Origin: an uncultured delta proteobacterium
Lineage (GTDB): Bacteria; Desulfobacterota; Binatia; Bin18
Assembly (NCBI GenBank): GCA_963733195.1
Contig: CAVTCR010000006.1
Coordinates: forward strand, 39,947-103,946
DNA: 64,000 nucleotides
Direction: 5' to 3'
Shown: positions 61,991 through 64,000 of the stretch, piece after piece
Layout of the letters: every line of letters starts with the position of its first letter
Numbering within the stretch: position 1 is the stretch's first letter
Position numbers and translations under genes: made by a program
The notes under the pieces: model-generated
The model's input: only the letters and a program-made list of their open reading frames with translations
Told to the model about the DNA's origin: nothing
Databases searched by the model: none

Positions 61991-64000
61991 GTGTGCCTGG
62001 CAGTTTGTGTCTCAGGCGGGTTAAAGTCCCGCTCAGCCTGTGGCCACGGGCTGATATCCAAAAGTGGGAGTAACGTCTCACTGGCCAAAGAAAGGGGAAG
62101 GTATGGAGAAGTCTACCCGGGCACGAAGGCGAAAGCTGGACACAGCCAAGACGGACCTGCAGCCCCCTCTTGCAGTTCTTTGGAGGACAGGGTGTCCACC
62201 GCGAGGTGGAATCCGAAGGGTTTGCGGAGAACCACCGGGTCGTACTCGAAGGGAGCTATCCCGCCGAGGAACCGGTCGGCCCAAGCTGGGGAATGGTCGA
62301 GCCTGCACTATGGAGGCGAAGGCGTTGTGGTTCCCCCCCAGCGTACCAAGGTGTGTGCGGGCGACACGGTGGGGAAGAGAGACAAATGACCCAGGGAGAC
62401 CTGGTAGGGTCCGACGGGAAGGTAGGGTTGCGATATGTGGCACTCGCAGACGAAAGGGCGAGTAACGGAGAAGACAAAGAGCGACCTACAGCCCCCGGAG
62501 GTAAGGGGAGATATAAGCGGAAGCGAAGTTCTAACCGAGGCGCTGCCAGGAGTCGGAGCGGGGTACAGTACTCAGGAACGTCGTCAGAACAAAAGGCGGC
62601 GGAGGGTGGCCACGTGCCACTACGCTGGGTGACTCAAACGGTCAGCCAGAGGGGGAAGGCCCTGTGCTTAACTGTGTGTGAGTATATGTCGAGCGACAGC
62701 GAGTAAGTGCTGGTGTGTTGGACAGTTCCCTAGGCGAAAGACCCAACCCCAGTAATGAGGAGACTGTGGAACGACAGGACTTACCATTATCGAAGACCAG
62801 ACCAGGGAAGAGAAAGGTCCATTCCCTGATCGACAAGGTGTATAGTCGCACCAATTTGGCGTTGGCCTGGGAGAAGGTGAAGCAGAACCACGGCAGTGCC
62901 GGAGTCGACGCGGTGACCATCACGGAGTTTGAGGCAAACAAGGCGTTCTATTTGGAACGTCTGCACTGCCAGCTCCGAGATGGGACCTACCAACCACAAC
63001 CTGTGAAGCGAGTTGAGATAGACAAATCCGATGGCGGGGTCAGAAAGCTCGGCATCCCGGTGATTTTCGATCGCGCGGCCAGCAAGCCCTGGTCCAGCGG
63101 ATGGAACCGTCTTCGAGCCGCTCTTTGAGGACTGCTCCTTCGGGTATCGCAAAGGGCGCTCGCCGCACGATGCGATGCGACGTGTGTGGCAGGACTTGAA
63201 TGCAGCTATGGCTGGTGCGTCGATGCCGATCTCCGGACGTTTTTCGACACCATCCCGCAGCCTCGGTTGGTCGACATGATCGCGGAGGAGATCAGTGATG
63301 GGCGGGTCTTGCAATTGATCTGGGCGATGTTACGGGCGGGGACGATGCAGGGAACGTATTGGGAACCCACACTGACTGGTGTACCCCAAGGGGCAGTGGC
63401 CAGCCCAATGTGGTCCAATATCTTCCTGACGCCCTTTGATCGGGCGATGACCGCGGCGGGCTTTCGCCTAACGCGGTGGGCGGATGACTTTGTCGTGCGT
63501 GTAAGACGCGCGGCGAAGCCCAGCGGGCCTTGGCGTTTGCGGAACGGTTTCTCCGCGAGGAACTCGGTGTGACCCTGCATCCGCAGAAGACGCGGATCGT
63601 GCATGTGAGTCATGGCTTTGAGTTCCTCGGGTACAAGGTCAAACAGGGGAAAGGGTATCGGCTGGCGGCGTCCAAGCGGCGGAGCCGGACGAATGCTCAC
63701 AACCTGTATGCCGTACCACGCGAGAAGAGCGTGACGCGCTTCAAGGACCAAATCCGCCGGCTCACCCGGCGCAAGGCTCCGGTGAAATTGCGCGAGATGA
63801 TCCAGCAAGTGAATCCAGTGATTCGCGGCTGGGGCACGTATTACCGCAAGGCGCACGTGCGCCGCCTCTTCATCAGCTGGACGGATGGATCGAGCGCCGC
63901 CTCTACTCGTTTCTCGCCAAACGCTGGCGGAATCATATGTGGCGGCGCTATCCAACCGGGCGGTTCATTAAGGAGTTTGGCCTCGTTCGCCTCATCCATC
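61991..64000 (+). mobile_element. Second (inner) group II intron nested in domain III of the first; runs out of the window
   Basis: GTGTG-CCTGG start pairing with CCAGG 62391-62395; D2 stem CCTGGTAG/CTGCCAGG; AGTCGGAG D3; EBS1 ACTATG (62307) complementary to CATAGT (61985-61990). Confidence 0.8.
62715..64000 (+). CDS. Group II intron reverse transcriptase/maturase (frameshifted, 3' end outside window)
   Basis: KVHSLIDKVY, GSAGVD, R.LGIP...DR, SFGYR, DADLRTFFD, GVPQG..SP, RWADD, GFEFLGY, domain X NPVIRGW..YY. Confidence 0.92.

Noticed and set aside
62620-62655. ACGCTGGGTGACTCAAACGGTCAGCCAG as domain V of an ORF-less inner intron
   Set aside because: The pairing is incomplete and it lies inside the predicted D3, before the closing GAAGGCCC; kept only as a minor alternative
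61477-62706. Several overlapping ORFs of 65-178 aa in the intron region
   Set aside because: They overlap structured ribozyme RNA and show no protein motifs
1-64000. Many frameshifted genes (cyclase, mla operon, PEP-CTERM, methylase, DMT, RT) read as mass pseudogenisation or programmed frameshifting
   Set aside because: The breaks are mostly single-base indels, often in short homopolymers, in otherwise well-conserved genes; this fits long-read consensus error better
62715-64000. RT as part of a retron, DGR or defence RT system
   Set aside because: It has RT0 and maturase domain X and lies within group II ribozyme domains; no msr/msd or TR/VR pair was seen
1-64000. tRNA, rRNA or prophage genes
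   Set aside because: None were recognised by eye; a tRNAscan/Rfam run would be needed to exclude small RNAs

Overview
Bacterial chromosomal window of about 55% GC. The gene content (cyclase-ATPase-TPR, LLM oxidoreductases, amidohydrolase, PEP-CTERM, several REP families) suggests a Binatota/deltaproteobacterial-type environmental genome; this is inference only. Many genes are broken by single-base indels, probably long-read assembly errors. Positions 1-57 kb are mostly metabolic and envelope genes: LLM/CoA-ligase/MaoC cluster, paired GTPases, mlaEFD-pqiC, cls, pepN, a sigma54-driven PEP-CTERM gene, clpSA plus a divergent clpS, an orphan DNA methylase, BrnTA, ppk2, M28 peptidase and corA. The last 6 kb (about 58.0-64.0 kb) is a minus-strand integron cassette array with four attC sites and no integrase inside the window. 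One attC is split by an IS110/IS1111-type element whose 3' non-coding region looks like a guide (bridge/seek) RNA. The next attC is interrupted at the same R'' core by a class IIC-attC group II intron. That intron is itself interrupted in domain III by a second, RT-encoding group II intron whose EBS1 (ACUAUG) exactly complements the insertion site (CAUAGU), so this appears to be a twintron nested in an attC. A second notable structure is a two-gene nuclease-like/TPR-like module bracketed by a duplicated 3' end of the cyclase gene.
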